Assembly: GCF_009914755.1 (NCBI RefSeq)
Contig: NC_060947.1
Source of the DNA: the human T2T-CHM13v2.0 reference genome, Homo sapiens
Reading direction: 5' to 3' (one strand)
Length of the DNA: 64,000 nt
The notes beneath the pieces are model-generated. The model was not told the DNA's origin and did no database searches. It saw only the letters and a list, made by a program, of their open reading frames with translations. Of this stretch, positions 16,141 through 29,330 are shown one piece after another. Made by a program: the position numbers and the translations under genes. Every line of letters starts with the position of its first letter. The stretch's first letter is position 1.

Positions 16141-16508
16141 TGCTTTAGTTGAAGTTGTCATAACAAATTACAATAGACGGGATGATTTGAACAACAAACA
16201 TTTATTTCTCACAGTTCTGGAGCTGGATAGTCCAAGATCAAGGTACTAGCAGATCTGGTGTCTGGTAAGGGCCCACTTCCAGGTTTGCGGATAACCATGT
16301 TTTCATTGTATTCTCATATGGCGAGAGTAGTAACAGAGGAAGGAAGCTTTCTCATATCTTTTTATAAGGGCAGTGATCCCATTTATAAGGGTTCTGCCCT
16401 CATGACCTAATCCTCTTTCGAAGGCCCCATGACCTAATACAATTAAATTGGGAATTAAGATTTCAACATAGGAATTTGGAGGAGACATAAACAATCAATT
16501 CATAACAC
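16141..16508 (-). mobile_element. MaLR LTR (MLT1A/MST-type)
   Basis: aacaacaaacatttatttctcacagttctggag...gtccaagatcaagg. Confidence 0.8.
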
Positions 16509-16564
16509 CATCCATATGAGGGTGAAAATTTTAGACTTAGATTTTCTTATTAACTACTATAAAA

Positions 16565-16800
16565 ATAATAGCTGATATTTACTGAGAGCTTACTCTATGC
16601 CAGACACTGTTCTAAAAAATATATATGTATTATATACATGTGTTATATTCTTTAGTGTTAACTCATATAACCTCACAATTAACTGTATGAAGATGAGACA
16701 GTTATTATCCATATGGGAACAGAAAAGTTAAGTGACTTGCTCAAAATCACACAACTAGTAAGTAGCACGAATAGGCTGTAAACCAAATAAGTCTGACTCT
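16565..16800 (-). mobile_element. MIR
   Basis: atttactgagagcttactctatgccagacactg...gttaagtgacttgctc. Confidence 0.75.
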
Positions 16801-17024
16801 ATTCTCTATACAAGAATGCTAAAAGAGTAATTCATGAGGAAATTTATGTGATTCAAATGAAAATTACATTGATCAAAATTTCCAGAACATATAAAGTTGC
16901 TAAATATTAAAATGAAACATATTGGCTTTAATTTCAGCAGGAAAAAAATTAGAAAACATAATGTTATGCAAGAAAAAGCACTATGAGAAATGATACATCA
17001 GAAAAGATAGATGGGGAAGAAGAT

Positions 17025-17190
17025 TCGTGTTTATTGAGCACCTACTTTCCTATCCAAAACTTTACATACATACTTACATATCTTATTTACATAATCCTCT
17101 TAACAAACTTGTGTAGTAGCTGCTCCTATTCTTATTTTGTAGATGAGGAAACTGAGGCTCAGAGTGAAGTCACATCACCACAGGTCACTG
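17025..17190 (-). mobile_element. MIR
   Basis: ttattgagcacctact...attttgtagatgaggaaactgaggctcagag. Confidence 0.75.
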
Positions 17191-17755
17191 ACCTCCCCAT
17201 GGTTCAAATGTGCTACCCACCTCAGTCTCAGTGGTTGGCAGCCTTACCCCCTATACAGGACAACCTAGAAATTAAGTAGGGATACAGCACAAGATCTGTA
17301 TGAAGCCCTGGAATTCTCAATCCATCATAAAATATCGCCCCATATTACACAAAATGAAATCCTGATAGATGACAAAGATGACAATGACAAAAATCAGCCA
17401 CCTTTTGCCATGTATCCACTTGTTTTGTAAGATCTGGCTAGGACATCAGTTACTCTGAAGTGGCCCTTCTGTCTAAGGCAGAAATCAAGTTAGGCTCCTT
17501 CATTTTCATGACAAAATATTAATTTTGCTAACACAGCTGGTATCTTCGATCAGCAGTTTTTACACACTCTTTACAAAGTTCAATTTTAAATTGATAACCA
17601 CCTGTTCTTGCCCAAGGTACAGTTTAGACAACAGATAATTGAAAAACTGGGACGAAGGAACTTGTTAGTGATGTGCTATATTTTTTAGCTCCTCTAAACT
17701 CTGCTCTTAATATCAAGTTAGTATGGAATGGCCTTGGAATGTAGTAGCTCAGTTC

Positions 17756-17926
17756 TAGGACTAGCTACATAATTTGCAGGGCCCAATGTAAAATGAAACA
17801 GTGAGGCCCCATGTTCAAAAATGATTAACAGTTTCAAAATAGCAACAGCAGAGCATTAAACAAAGCCCTTCTGAAAACAGGGCCTTGTGCAGTCACATGG
17901 GTCTCGTGCCCTTGAAGCCAACCCTG
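17756..17926 (-). mobile_element. MER45-type hAT-Tip100 MITE
   Basis: Ends cccttgaagccaaccctg (reverse complement of the CAGGGCCGGCTTCA start); aatttgcagggccc. Confidence 0.65.
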
Positions 17927-18158
17927 TTCAGTTTCCTAGATATATTTTCAGTGCATTAAAGGATTTTAATGTTGTATCTTCTTTCTTTAATGTTGTATCC
18001 AGCTTTCTTCTGGCCATGTAAAAAGCAGTAATTTGTATGCTCAATTCCTTTTATTTAAAAAAATAGAAAAATATCCTTAAAATGTTTTTCTAGAATTTAA
18101 TGTTAGAAAAAATATTTTTCCCCAAACAAATTCATGTGCTTTCTTTCACTATTCATTC

Positions 18159-18462
<304 letters not shown>

Positions 18463-19659
18463 CACTATTTATTCTTTATTTATAAATGCTTACTGAGTAA
18501 CCACGGTCTGCAAGCATTGCTCTAGATATTGGGATCAATCAGTAAGCAGGTAAACAGGGCAAAGTCCCTGTCTTAGTGGAGTTTACAACCAATGGGTGGA
18601 ATTACGATCAATTTCCTAGTCCTTCTAGGGAAACTTGCTGCTCTCCAGAAGACTGACAATGTTTAATGTTTATAGGCTTCTCCTCCACCAGATGTTAGCA
18701 CGCTTAGCACACTATAGTAAAGAAGAAAAATTTTTTAAAAGCAGCAAATAAATATTTCAAATCTTATTTCAATGCATAGTAGGACCAAAATGGGGAAGCC
18801 ACATTCTAACATCCAACCCTCCTGTGCTTCATATGATTTTTCTAATGCAAGAGCAGGAGCAAATTTCTGCATAATTGAAAAGAATCATTTAGATATAAAC
18901 AAAAAATATGTTTCCATGTAACTTGTTGACTGATAGATAATCAGAGTTTTGTGGCAAATTTTAGAGTTATCTCAGTTAACCTCTATCATATTGGCCAGGC
19001 AGACATGTTATATCTAGTCCCTGATTAAATGAAAAAGAAAAAAGAAAGCAAAACATACCTAAACAAAGCTTTTTCATTGAACGTAAACATTAAATATAGT
19101 CACAGCTGGCACTCTGAGATTTTGAAAGCCTATATTCAATCAATCATACCAGAAATTTCCTGGCCTGGCCATTGAACAGGATGGTATTTATTGACAAAAT
19201 AGCAGCACATAGTTATTAGGGACTATGAGCTTTGGAATCAGAGAGTCTGTCATTCTGATTCTTAATTAGAATTCCTAAACTTTTCCCACAAAAATAGGGC
19301 CCACATAACCCTCTCAACCCATTATATCCTTAGCCCAAACCCTGCTTTCATCTTTAGTTGGGCTCTCAGTAAAATACGGTTTGGAAGTTTCTACCCACAC
19401 ACCACAGACTCAGCTTAACTCCTTGAAACTTAAAGCATCTAATGGCTTGAAATGGCTCAAAAGATAAAGAAAATAATAAGTCAGTAGAGAATGACAAGCA
19501 AGTGAATGGCTGGTGAGTGTTCTGTCTTTCAGAAATGCAAAAGTACAGATTATTAGGATAGCTCCTTAAATGGCCACATCCTCCATAAAATCCTTTGGAA
19601 TGGAGATAAATGGGGATTGGGAAAGCATTTCAAAACCAGGCTTAATTGGGTTACTGTTC

Positions 19660-20052
19660 ATCTTAGTTTGGGCTGCCATAACAAAATGCCATAGACTGGG
19701 TAGCTTATGAACAACAGACATTTATTTCTCATAATTCTGGAGGCTGAAAAGTCCAAGATTAAACCAGGATGCTGACAAGATTATTTTTATTCTGAGTCCT
19801 CTTCTCTTGACTTACAGGTGGCTGCCATCTTGCAGTGCACTCACGTGGTCTCTTCTTTGGGCATGCAGATAGAGAGAAAGTGAGCTCTCTGGTGTTTCTC
19901 CTTAAAAGAACACTAATGCTATCAGGAGGGCCCTCACTCTTGATCTCATCTAAGCCAATTACCTTTCAAAGGCCCCATCTCCAAATACCATCATATTGGA
20001 GGTCAGAGCTTCAACACACAAATTTTGAAGGGACATAATTCAGCCCATAGCA
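19660..20052 (-). mobile_element. MaLR LTR (MLT1A-type)
   Basis: gctgccataacaaaatgccatagactgggtagc...ggccccatctccaaatacc...cagcccatagca. Confidence 0.8.
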
Positions 20053-20104
20053 CCGTTGTTGAAAGTCTGAGCTCTCAGCCCTACATGCAGAAGATGGTGA
20101 AGGG

Positions 20105-20292
20105 CACTTTATTTATAAAGCACTTATTCTATTCTGGCACTGGGCTCAGGGTTTCAATATATTACTTCCATTAACAGAGCAAACCATAGTGGTGAGGCTC
20201 AGAGAGATGAAATAAGTCACTCCCAGTCACAAAACTAGTAAACTTTGCAAAGATTCAAACCCTGTCCCATTTGACCTCAGCGCTATAGTCTT
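20105..20292 (-). mobile_element. MIR
   Basis: gaggctcagagagatgaaataagtcac...gattcaaaccc. Confidence 0.55.
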
Positions 20293-20713
20293 TCTGAGAG
20301 TCCATGGGACCTTTCTTAAATTTCAGTATTTACTGGTTAGGTTACTTAAGAGTTATAAAACCCAAAGAAAATAGTGCACACCAAAGTCACATGAAACCAA
20401 TTTGAATCAAGAAGTCAATGTTTTTGTTTCATAGAGGGAGCTATAGTTGATCAAAGAGCATATATTTGTGTTTGCTCTTTAATCCATGATTGGATTCTAG
20501 GAATTGGATTTGTTTAAAAAATTGCTTTGTTAACATGAAGTCAGAGAAAGGGGAATTAAATAGTCTATGAAAATATTTCAATACCAGCTATGGTTTAGCA
20601 TCCTTTTTTTGTTGGTCATGTGATTTTTCATGTCCCTAAAATCAATGTCATCTAGCTTAGGAGGTAAGGACTATGTGAATCTAAATTATTTTGTATAGCC
20701 AAGCGCAGTAGCA

Positions 20714-20954
20714 AAGAAGAAGAGGAAAAAAAAAGGAGGAGGAAGAGAAGAAGAAGGAGGAGGAGAAAGAGAAAGAGGAGAAGGAGGAGGAGGAGAAGAG
20801 GAAAAGGAAGAAGGATGAGAAGAGGAAGAAGGAGAAGGAGAAGGAAGAAAGAAGAAGAAAGAGGCAGCTCAATACCTGCTCAATCAGAAGAAGAAGAAGA
20901 AGAAGAAGAGGAGGAGGAGGAGGAGGAAAGAGGCAGCTCAATAACTGCTCAATC
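20714..20954 (+). repeat. GA-rich low-complexity tract with a duplicated 29-bp unique segment
   Basis: gaaagaggcagctcaata(c/a)ctgctcaatc at 20857-20885 and 20926-20954, separated by (GAA)n(GAG)n. Confidence 0.9.
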
Positions 20955-21144
20955 GTTACCTGGCAACATCACTTGATATATCTTCAAATACTTTGCTGCT
21001 GAGACAAGAGAATCTACCAGTGTCCTTCCTAGGGTTAAAACACAGGGGATCAAACCTCCCAGATGATTACTCCTCCCACTTTGACCTAGTATTCAGCACT
21101 TCATTGCAGCTTCTCTTTCCCCAAACAGCCCCAGTTTAGTAGTT

Positions 21145-21366
21145 CAAAGGTTGAGAATTTTTTTCTCTAAAGGTCCAGATAGTAAACACTTTCAGCTTTG
21201 CAGGCAATATGGTCTCTGCTGCAGCTACTCAACTTGCAGTTGTAACATGAAAGCAGCCACAGACAACATGTAAACGAATGAGTGTGGCAGTGTTTCAATA
21301 AAATTTTATTCACAAAAAAGATGTTGGCACAGATTTGGCCCGAAAGCTGTAGTTTGCCCACTCCTG
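21145..21366 (+). mobile_element. MER58A (hAT-Charlie MITE)
   Basis: taaaggtccagatagtaaacactttcagctttgcagg...gctgtagtttgcccactcctg. Confidence 0.85.
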
Positions 21367-21671
21367 CACAAATAAATAATGTAGCTTTTTTTTTGACATT
21401 TTTATGATAAATGGCAAAGAGGGTTTGCATCACACAGTTCACAGAAAAACTCAATTAAAGCCCCCATTGAAATTCTCATTTCTTTACTCCAGTAGCCCCA
21501 GGTCTCTTTTCTTTTTCCCTTTGTACTACAAATCTTTCAAAGAGCCCAATATTCTCCAGAGTATTCAATTCTTGCTCAAAGTATTCAAGCCCCATTAAAT
21601 AGTTAACAATACCCATTGTCCTTTAAAAGTGGTTTCAAGGAGCATTATGGTTCTTGGAATGTGTCTATATT

Positions 21672-21709
21672 TGTCAGCATTCTCCCTCTTGAGAAATAGA
21701 ACCTAAAAG

Positions 21710-21768
<59 letters not shown>

Positions 21769-22214
21769 AGAGAGATTATAGGAATGGGTTCACACAGTTA
21801 TGGAAGCTGAGAAGTTCCATGATCTACGCTGTGTAACCTGGAGAACCTGGAAAGCTGGTGGTGTAGTTCAGTTTGAGTCTCAAACTAACAGAAGCCAGTG
21901 ATGATGTAACAATCAGTTCAAATCTGAAGGCTTCAGAACCAGGAGCTCCAATATCTGAGGCCAGGAGACGATGTGTGTCCCAGCTCAGAGAGGCTGCATT
22001 CACCTTTCCTCCACCTTTTTGTTCTATTGGGGCACTCAAAGGATCGGAAGATGCCTGCCCACATTAGTCATGGTAGGTCTTCTTTACTCAGTGTACAGAT
22101 TCAAATGCTAATTTCTTCCAGAATACCCTTCACAGAGACACTCAGAAGTAATGTTTTACCAGCTCCCTGGCTGTGCCTTAGCCCAGTTAACTTGACATAT
22201 AAAATTAACCATCA
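21672..22214 (-). mobile_element. MLT2 (ERVL) LTR containing a (CA)n microsatellite at 21712-21764
   Basis: ttatggaagctgagaagttccatgatct...aacttgacatataaaattaaccatca. Confidence 0.8.
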
Positions 22215-22274
22215 TGTGTCCCTTGAAGGCCTTGCCCTCTACTCGGAAATTACATTAAAAATACAATGTCCATG

Positions 22275-22569
<295 letters not shown>

Positions 22570-22589
22570 TGCAATGCCCAATAATCATA

Positions 22590-23310
22590 TGGAAATCAAC
22601 ATCCAATAATCATCAGGAATCGCAAATTAAAAATTCAATCAGATATTGCTACATACCCACTAGAATGACTAAAATAAAGAATAATGGCAACACCAAATGT
22701 TAGCAAGGACATTGCTGGTGGGAATGTAAAATTCTACAGACACTTTGGAAAAATGTTTGGCAGTTTTTGAAATAGTTATCTATATATACTCAGCAATTAC
22801 ATCCCCAAATAAATGAGAACCGTAAATAAAGACTTGTACATGCATGTCACAGCAGCTTTATTTATAATAGCCCAACACTGGAAACATCCCAGATGTTTAT
22901 CAACAGGAAGATATATGAACAAACTGTGGTATATTCATATCATGGGATAGTACTCAGCAATAAAAAAGGAATTAACATGCAACAACATAGGTGGTTGTCA
23001 GAAATAGTATCCTAAGTGTAAGGATCCAGATGCAAAAATGAGTACACACAATATAATCCATTTATGTGAAATTCTATATGGACGAAATTAACCTATGGTG
23101 ATACAAATCAGAGTAATGGCTGCTTCTTAGTCAGGATACAGAGACTGACCAAGGGTCAATCACACAATATTTCCATCATTCCAGTAATGAGAGATCTTTC
23201 TGAGATGATGGAAATATTGTGAGTCTTAATACATACTTGTCACAACTGATTGACCAGTATATTTAGGATCTCAATATGTCACTGTATGTAAATTTTACCT
23301 CAATACAAAA
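22590..23310 (+). mobile_element. Old L1 (L1MC/ME) 3' end
   Basis: aacaaactgtggtatattcata; tactcagcaataaaaaagg; tgtatgtaaattttacctcaat. Confidence 0.75.
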
Positions 23311-23853
23311 TTTTTGTAATAGTGTATTTACTTAACATTTTAAAAGACCCAAAATGACTGCCAAAGCTCCAGCCATCACATCTGCATTCCAAGCAATAGA
23401 CAGAAGAACTAATGGAAAGATGAAAAGACAAAGACACATATGCCTGCTGTCTGATCCTTCTTATGGAGATCCAAAGTCCCACCAACAATGGACACTTAGG
23501 TTTTATTGGACAAGCCCAGATAAAAAAATAAGTGGGAAAATAGACACATGCACTATTTGGTCAAGCACGCTTCCAGGTAGAATAAAATTCTTGTAAGTAG
23601 TAACAAGAAGAATGAATATTGGCTATCCATTGGTAGGTTAAATCACACCGTAAAAAAGTGGGCATGCACACAATTTCTTACACAATTTGAGGAGATTCAT
23701 GTACCCTCACTAGATCCCATTTTAGCTGAATTATATATTTAAAACCACTGGTCTAATAAGATTAAGCAACTGATTATTCCTAAACATGGTTAATGAAAAG
23801 TGTGTGAATGAGAAACTCACATGGCAATAGGCACTAGAGCAATCTATAAGACC

Positions 23854-24002
23854 GGGTAAAATATGCCATACTCATCCACCTGGCAGGTCTTCCAAAGGCT
23901 TCAATTTATTAAGTAGAATTGTATTCTACTCATCCACTGGGTAGAATATACCATATTCATCCACCTGGTAGGTCTTCCAAAGGCTGCAATTCATTAAGTA
24001 GA
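23854..24002 (+). repeat. Duplication of ~64 bp with an 85-bp period and a templated spacer
   Basis: gggta(a/g)aatat(g/a)ccata(c/t)tcatccacctgg(c/t)aggtcttccaaaggct...attaagtaga at 23854-23917 and 23939-24002. Confidence 0.92.
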
Positions 24003-24887
24003 CTGTTCTTAATTGAAGAGCATTTAATTCTGCTGCCATCTTAAATTTGCAGTATGTGAATGGAAGAAGATAGGCCACTTTGCTGAAGTGTACATTCTAC
24101 TTACACACTTGATTTGATCACATTATTTTGCAGGTGTCTCTACTTCAATTAATTGCATATTGGTGAAATGCATCATTTAAACTCAGTACAGAACTGAAGT
24201 ATTCAAATGACAGTCTCTTCAGTATAATTATTCCACGTAAGTTGGAGTGCTGACAAAATGTTGTCCTTTATTTTTTTAAAATAATAGCTTCAAGTATATC
24301 CAAGATTACATAACATAAAAAATGTCAACAAGATATGACAAATATAAAATGAAAATGATGAGATTAAAACTTTACGTGTTTAATTTTTCTCCATAGATTC
24401 ACAGCTAGTTTTTCTTATGAAGTCAGGTTACAAATTCCCAATGTCCTATACAGTTTTTTCAGGCTGATTTGAAGAACAAAGGAAAGTATCTTAAGAAAAG
24501 CCCCATAAAGACACGGTATTTTTGCTGATCAGTAAGCTAGATGTAGATCTGTAAAAAAAACACTGACTTTCTTTAATTGTTAAAGCAAAGAGAAGATGAA
24601 AGTTATTTGGTTGAACAAAGGAAATGCATAACTTATTCTACATACTGTATTTGAATACTAACTTGACTTTTTTTCTTATAATTTGATCTCTTACCTGAGT
24701 AGATATTGAAAATTAAATACCAGTATCCTTTCACTAAACTCAAAATGTGAAGAATGCCATCTTACTATTGGTTCATTCACTGACACAGCATCACACTGCT
24801 AAATTAATGTTTCATATAGTATCATAATAAGCAGTACTATTTATTGATCATTTACTCAGTGATGAGGCCTTTACATATAACATTGCT

Positions 24888-25348
24888 GTGGTAGACTGAA
24901 TAATGGTTTTCCCATGTCCTGAACTTGTGAATGTTACTCTATGGCAGATTTGATTAAATAAGGGTTCTTGAGGTGGGGAGATTATCCTGGATTATCTGGG
25001 CAGATCCAATGCCATCAAAAGTGTCTTTATAAGAGAAAAGGTGATGCAAAAATGGAACTGGAGAAAGTTGAAGATGCCATGCTGTTGGCTTTGAAGATGG
25101 AGGAAGAAGAGGCCATGAGCCGCAGAAGGCAATGAATTCTCGTAGCTTTTAGAAGCTGAAAGAGGCAAAGAATGGGTTGTCCCTTAGATAAGCCTCCAGA
25201 AGGAACCAGCCCTGCCAGCATCTTGACTTTAGCCCGGTGAAACTGATTTTGGACTTCTGGCCTCCATGACTGTAAGAGAATGTATCTGTGTTGTTTCAAG
25301 CAACTAAATTTGTGGGAATTTGTTACAAAAGCAATAGGACACCAACAC
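24888..25348 (+). mobile_element. MLT1C/D LTR inserted in a MIR
   Basis: tgtggtagactgaataatgg...gagattatcctggattatc...aaatttgtgggaatttgttaca; MIR halves on both sides. Confidence 0.8.
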
Positions 25349-25820
25349 AATTTCTAATTTCAGAACTACTCTGGAAGGATGGTATTATTGCTATACAACT
25401 ACACACACGTTTATCAGATGAAGAAAATGAGACAGGAAGAGAGATTAAAACAATAAATAACTAGGCAATGTACACAGCTACAGAATGATAGAGACAAGCT
25501 TGGCAGCTAGGTATGACTTGAAGTCCACAGACCATTCTCCTCTATCATACTGGCTAATATGAACTGTCAAGGCATATTTCACTGTGTATTGTCCTAAAAA
25601 TTTCTTCTCCTGTTAATAAATAAAAAGAAGCATATCAAAGTGTCCTATTTACATGTATTTATTTTAAAGGGAAAGTATTTGTTCAAAACAATGGGCTGAT
25701 TGAACCATATACTTGCAGGGTTCTAGTGTGTTTCCATAAGGAGGCTTTTATATTCCAAATGAAACTCTTCTATCCCTATAGATATGGGAAATATAATGCA
25801 GCTAGCAAGAATGGATTCTG

Positions 25821-26126
25821 GGCTGGGCACAGTGGCTCACGTCTGTAATCCCAGCATTTTGGGAGGTTGAGGTGGGCAGATCACTTGAGGTGAGGAGTTC
25901 AAGACCAGTTGGCCAACATGGTGAAACCCCATCTCTACTAAAAACACAAAAATTAGCTGGGCGTGGTGGTGCACGCCTGTGGTCCCAGCTACTCGGGAGG
26001 CTGAGGCGGGAGAATCACTTCAGCCCAGGAGGCTGAGGTTGCAGTGAGCCGAGATTGCACCACTGTACTCCAGCCTGGGCAACTGAGTGAGACTCCGTCT
26101 CAAGAAAAAAAAAAAAAAAAAAAAAA
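25821..26126 (+). mobile_element. AluS/J-type
   Basis: Full dimer with A tail; TSD ggattctg. Confidence 0.92.
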
Positions 26127-27091
26127 GGATTCTGCATGAAAACTCCATGGAGAGGAATTATAAACCAAAGAGTAGCTACTCCTAATGAAAGCATTGCAGA
26201 ATTGGTAAGGAGCTTGGCCTCTGCCTGAAGGTTTAATATTTCTATGAAGGTGCTTTATAGTGGACGCGTGATACGCTCCTCATCTAGGTTTCACAGGAGT
26301 CTCTCCCTTGCCAGCTAAATTAAAATTCAAAAAGAATTTTCCAGAAATATATTACTTGCGGTTGCATTTTGTAATGTTTGAGAAGTGCTGAATTAAAAGA
26401 TGTATTAATAAATCTTAGAAGCATAGAATGAAGCAAATAGTGAAAAAGTCAAATGTTTTATTTAATTATGATACATTTATCCAATGTGTATGGGTTCCCT
26501 TCAAAGCCCCTGGAAGATCCTGGATTCTGTGGGAGATTACTAGATATTTTGTGATTTGATCTTTATTCAAATGAAATCTTATAACTTCTTCTACCAGAAA
26601 GATTTTGACAATTTTAATGGATGCATTTCAGTAAGTTATTGAAACATCAGCATAGGAGGTAGTTTTAAACATTTGCAGAAAAGCATTTAGAGATTAGTCT
26701 GGTAAAATAGTGACATCTCGTGGCAAGAATTGGTAACAAAATCTCTAACGTTAGAAAAAAAATCAATGTAAGGAAGCCAAGTAAAATGGAAGGGGAAAAA
26801 AACACTAAATTTTTGTTCTTGTAGATAAAATGAATTGTTCTCATTTTAGCTTTTGGTTGTAAGAAAAAAATTCTGGGGTTTTGACTTATATGTTTCATAC
26901 TAACAAAGACGAAAGAGTTTAATTTGGAAAATAAAAGCCCTCCTATGGAATAGACCAGGGTGCTGCAAATAATTTATTCCAACTCACTGTTTAGAACAAA
27001 AAATATTCTACCTTTGAAGTTCATGTAACAAGAGAAACTTTGATTTGTTTCTACTTTTTAAATAAAAATAGAGGAAACATGTTTTTCCCTT

Positions 27092-27549
27092 TAGTGCCCA
27101 TAGCAGATGCTCTTGGAGATTTTGTCCATGTTTCCTCTGCTGACCCTTTGTGGCTCGGGTGGACTGAAATACATTGCATGCATTATGTCTGCCTGGGGTC
27201 TATCTCTGGCTGCAGAAATGAGTCCTGCCTGTGCTGGGCAGTCAGGAATACCTGGAAGTTAGCAACCCCATGAACCACTCAGAAGCAATGGGGCAAAGGG
27301 ATAAATAAATGCCTCAGCTTCTTCCCCCACCCCCTTAGTGGGACCATTCTGAATTGTTTTCTACATGCTCTCTCAGGAGGACCTCAGCGGAACTAAACTC
27401 CAGCTGCCTACAACAGTAATTTGCACCTTTTATTGTCTTTCCTCTATTCCTAACTCCTTCTCTACGCTTCCTGGCGTCACTACCAAATAAACTATGTGCA
27501 TTCAAATCATTGTCTCAGGGTCAGCTTTTGGAGAAATCCAAACCAAAAC
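27092..27549 (+). mobile_element. LTR16-type ERVL LTR
   Basis: ccaaataaactatgtgcattcaaatcattgtctcagggtcagcttttggagaaatccaaac 3' end. Confidence 0.65.
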
Positions 27550-28200
27550 AACAACAACAAAAACAAACAAACACCCAGTGATGTACCCAAGCTGTATATA
27601 CACACATGTAAATGTGTTTCAAAGAAAAAAAAAATGAGTTCTAAGCATTTTTACTAGTTTAATTAGCAACACATCAAAATGAAAAGAACAAAGACAAGTC
27701 TAGCCTATTTTGGTTTTATTGCAACAGTAAAGCCTTTTACAGCTGCTGGCAGCCCTGCTGCTATTCCTCTGGGGTCCTTCTCTTTATGAAAATGGAAGTT
27801 CAACATAGGGGAATTGCCTCAGTAAGGAAAGAGGGCATCTCTACTCCAGGGATTTTGTATCCATTCTAAAATCCCTGTAAGAAAACTTGAACTGGGTGCT
27901 GAGAGCTGGTTGAACCAATTAATTTACTAATTGGCTCAGGAATAATATATTAAGATTGCATACTTGAAGACCCAAGAATTAGAAATGTATCTTAGAAAAT
28001 CTATTCATTCATTAGGAGTTGTCTTTTTTTTTTTTCTTTAACAGCCAATTTAAGCCAATTTAGTCAACTATTTTTCTTCACTTTCAAGGGCATGTGAGGG
28101 GCAGAGAGACCAGTGAGTATCTCAATATTTTACACAAAACAGATCCCAGCCCAGGAGGTAATATAAAAAAAGATGGGGGTGCGGCTAGTAAGCACTTTGA

Positions 28201-28210
28201 CCATCAATCA
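28201..28210 (-). promoter_or_regulatory. PBX-HOX composite motif TGATTGATGG in unique DNA
   Basis: ccatcaatca is the exact reverse complement of the motif; motif match only, no functional data. Confidence 0.25.
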
Positions 28211-28859
28211 CACGTAAATTTCAACCTCTGGCCACAACTTTGCATCAAAAGTCAATTTATTCCGACCTGATGGCAATGGAGGGGCAAAAAAAGCTGTTTT
28301 ATTTTGGCATGTGGAAAATTACAAAATAAATCTCAAATGTATTCACCTGAACTCTTGGTCACAAACAAGTCAAACATGCTAACTACAGCATGTGACTAAT
28401 AGCACTTTATATACCAAGTGATGTTGGTAAAGTCATGTTTTTATTTTCCTTTAAAAGAAAACAATTTCCAAGCCAATTATTCATCTTCTCAAGTAGTAAA
28501 TTTATGAAGTTTGGCGGTCATTAAACTAAAAAAAAAAAAGAAGAAGAATTGATGTGTCCCGAGTTTCAGAACAATAAATGCCTTTTTTAAAACTACCATA
28601 TATTCTAAAACCAAATCCCCATCTTCAAATCTATGAGTGCATCCTATTTTATTAGATTTCAGAATACCAGAGTATCTTTCTCTCTGAAAGTATAATATTA
28701 ATAGCGAGGCATTGTGCCTAATATTTTACATGTATGATTTCATTTAATGCCTATGACACTGTGGTACAGTTATTGTGATTACATACATTTTACAGACAAG
28801 AATGCTGAATATTTAGGAAAGTTGCCCAAATTCAAGTCTGTCTAACTGCAAACTCAAGC

Positions 28860-29330
28860 CCAACCAGGTATCACTGCATTATAAACAAACACAAAATCTC
28901 AATGGCATATCACTGAGAACATTTATTTCTTACATGTCTGCACATCAGCTGAACTACCTCAGTTCAATTATTCTTGGTTGAGCTCAGTTGAGTGGCTTCA
29001 AGCTGCAGGTTGAATCCACCTCTGCTCCACATGTCACTCAACCCCGTGGGATCAGCAGACTAGCTGGACCATGGTATTCTCGTGGTGATGACAGAAATGC
29101 AGAGGGTAAATGAAACACACAAGGTCTTATAAGGCTTAAGCTCAGATCTGACACAGTGTTACTTCCATCCACATCCCATTGGCCATAGCAAGTCAGGTAA
29201 CCAAGCCCAAAGTTTAGGGGTAAGGAAGGAAGTATATTCCTCTTTTAGTGGAAGGACATGCAAAGTTACATAGCAAAGAGTGTGGATATAGGAAAGGATA
29301 AAATGTTGGAAACAAAAATTCAACATAACC
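28860..29330 (-). mobile_element. Old MLT1 LTR next to a MIR remnant (~28700-28850)
   Basis: atccacatcccattggccatagcaagtcagg; caaaatctcaatggc. Confidence 0.65.

Noticed and set aside
20681-20941. Leu/Ser/Phe-rich 'membrane protein' ORFs here and at 34447-34791 and 62019-62406
   Set aside because: Antisense translations of GA-rich simple repeats.
23854-24002. Repeat-spacer-repeat pattern as CRISPR-like
   Set aside because: Only two units, the spacer derives from the repeat, the DNA is primate, and no cas-like ORFs are present.
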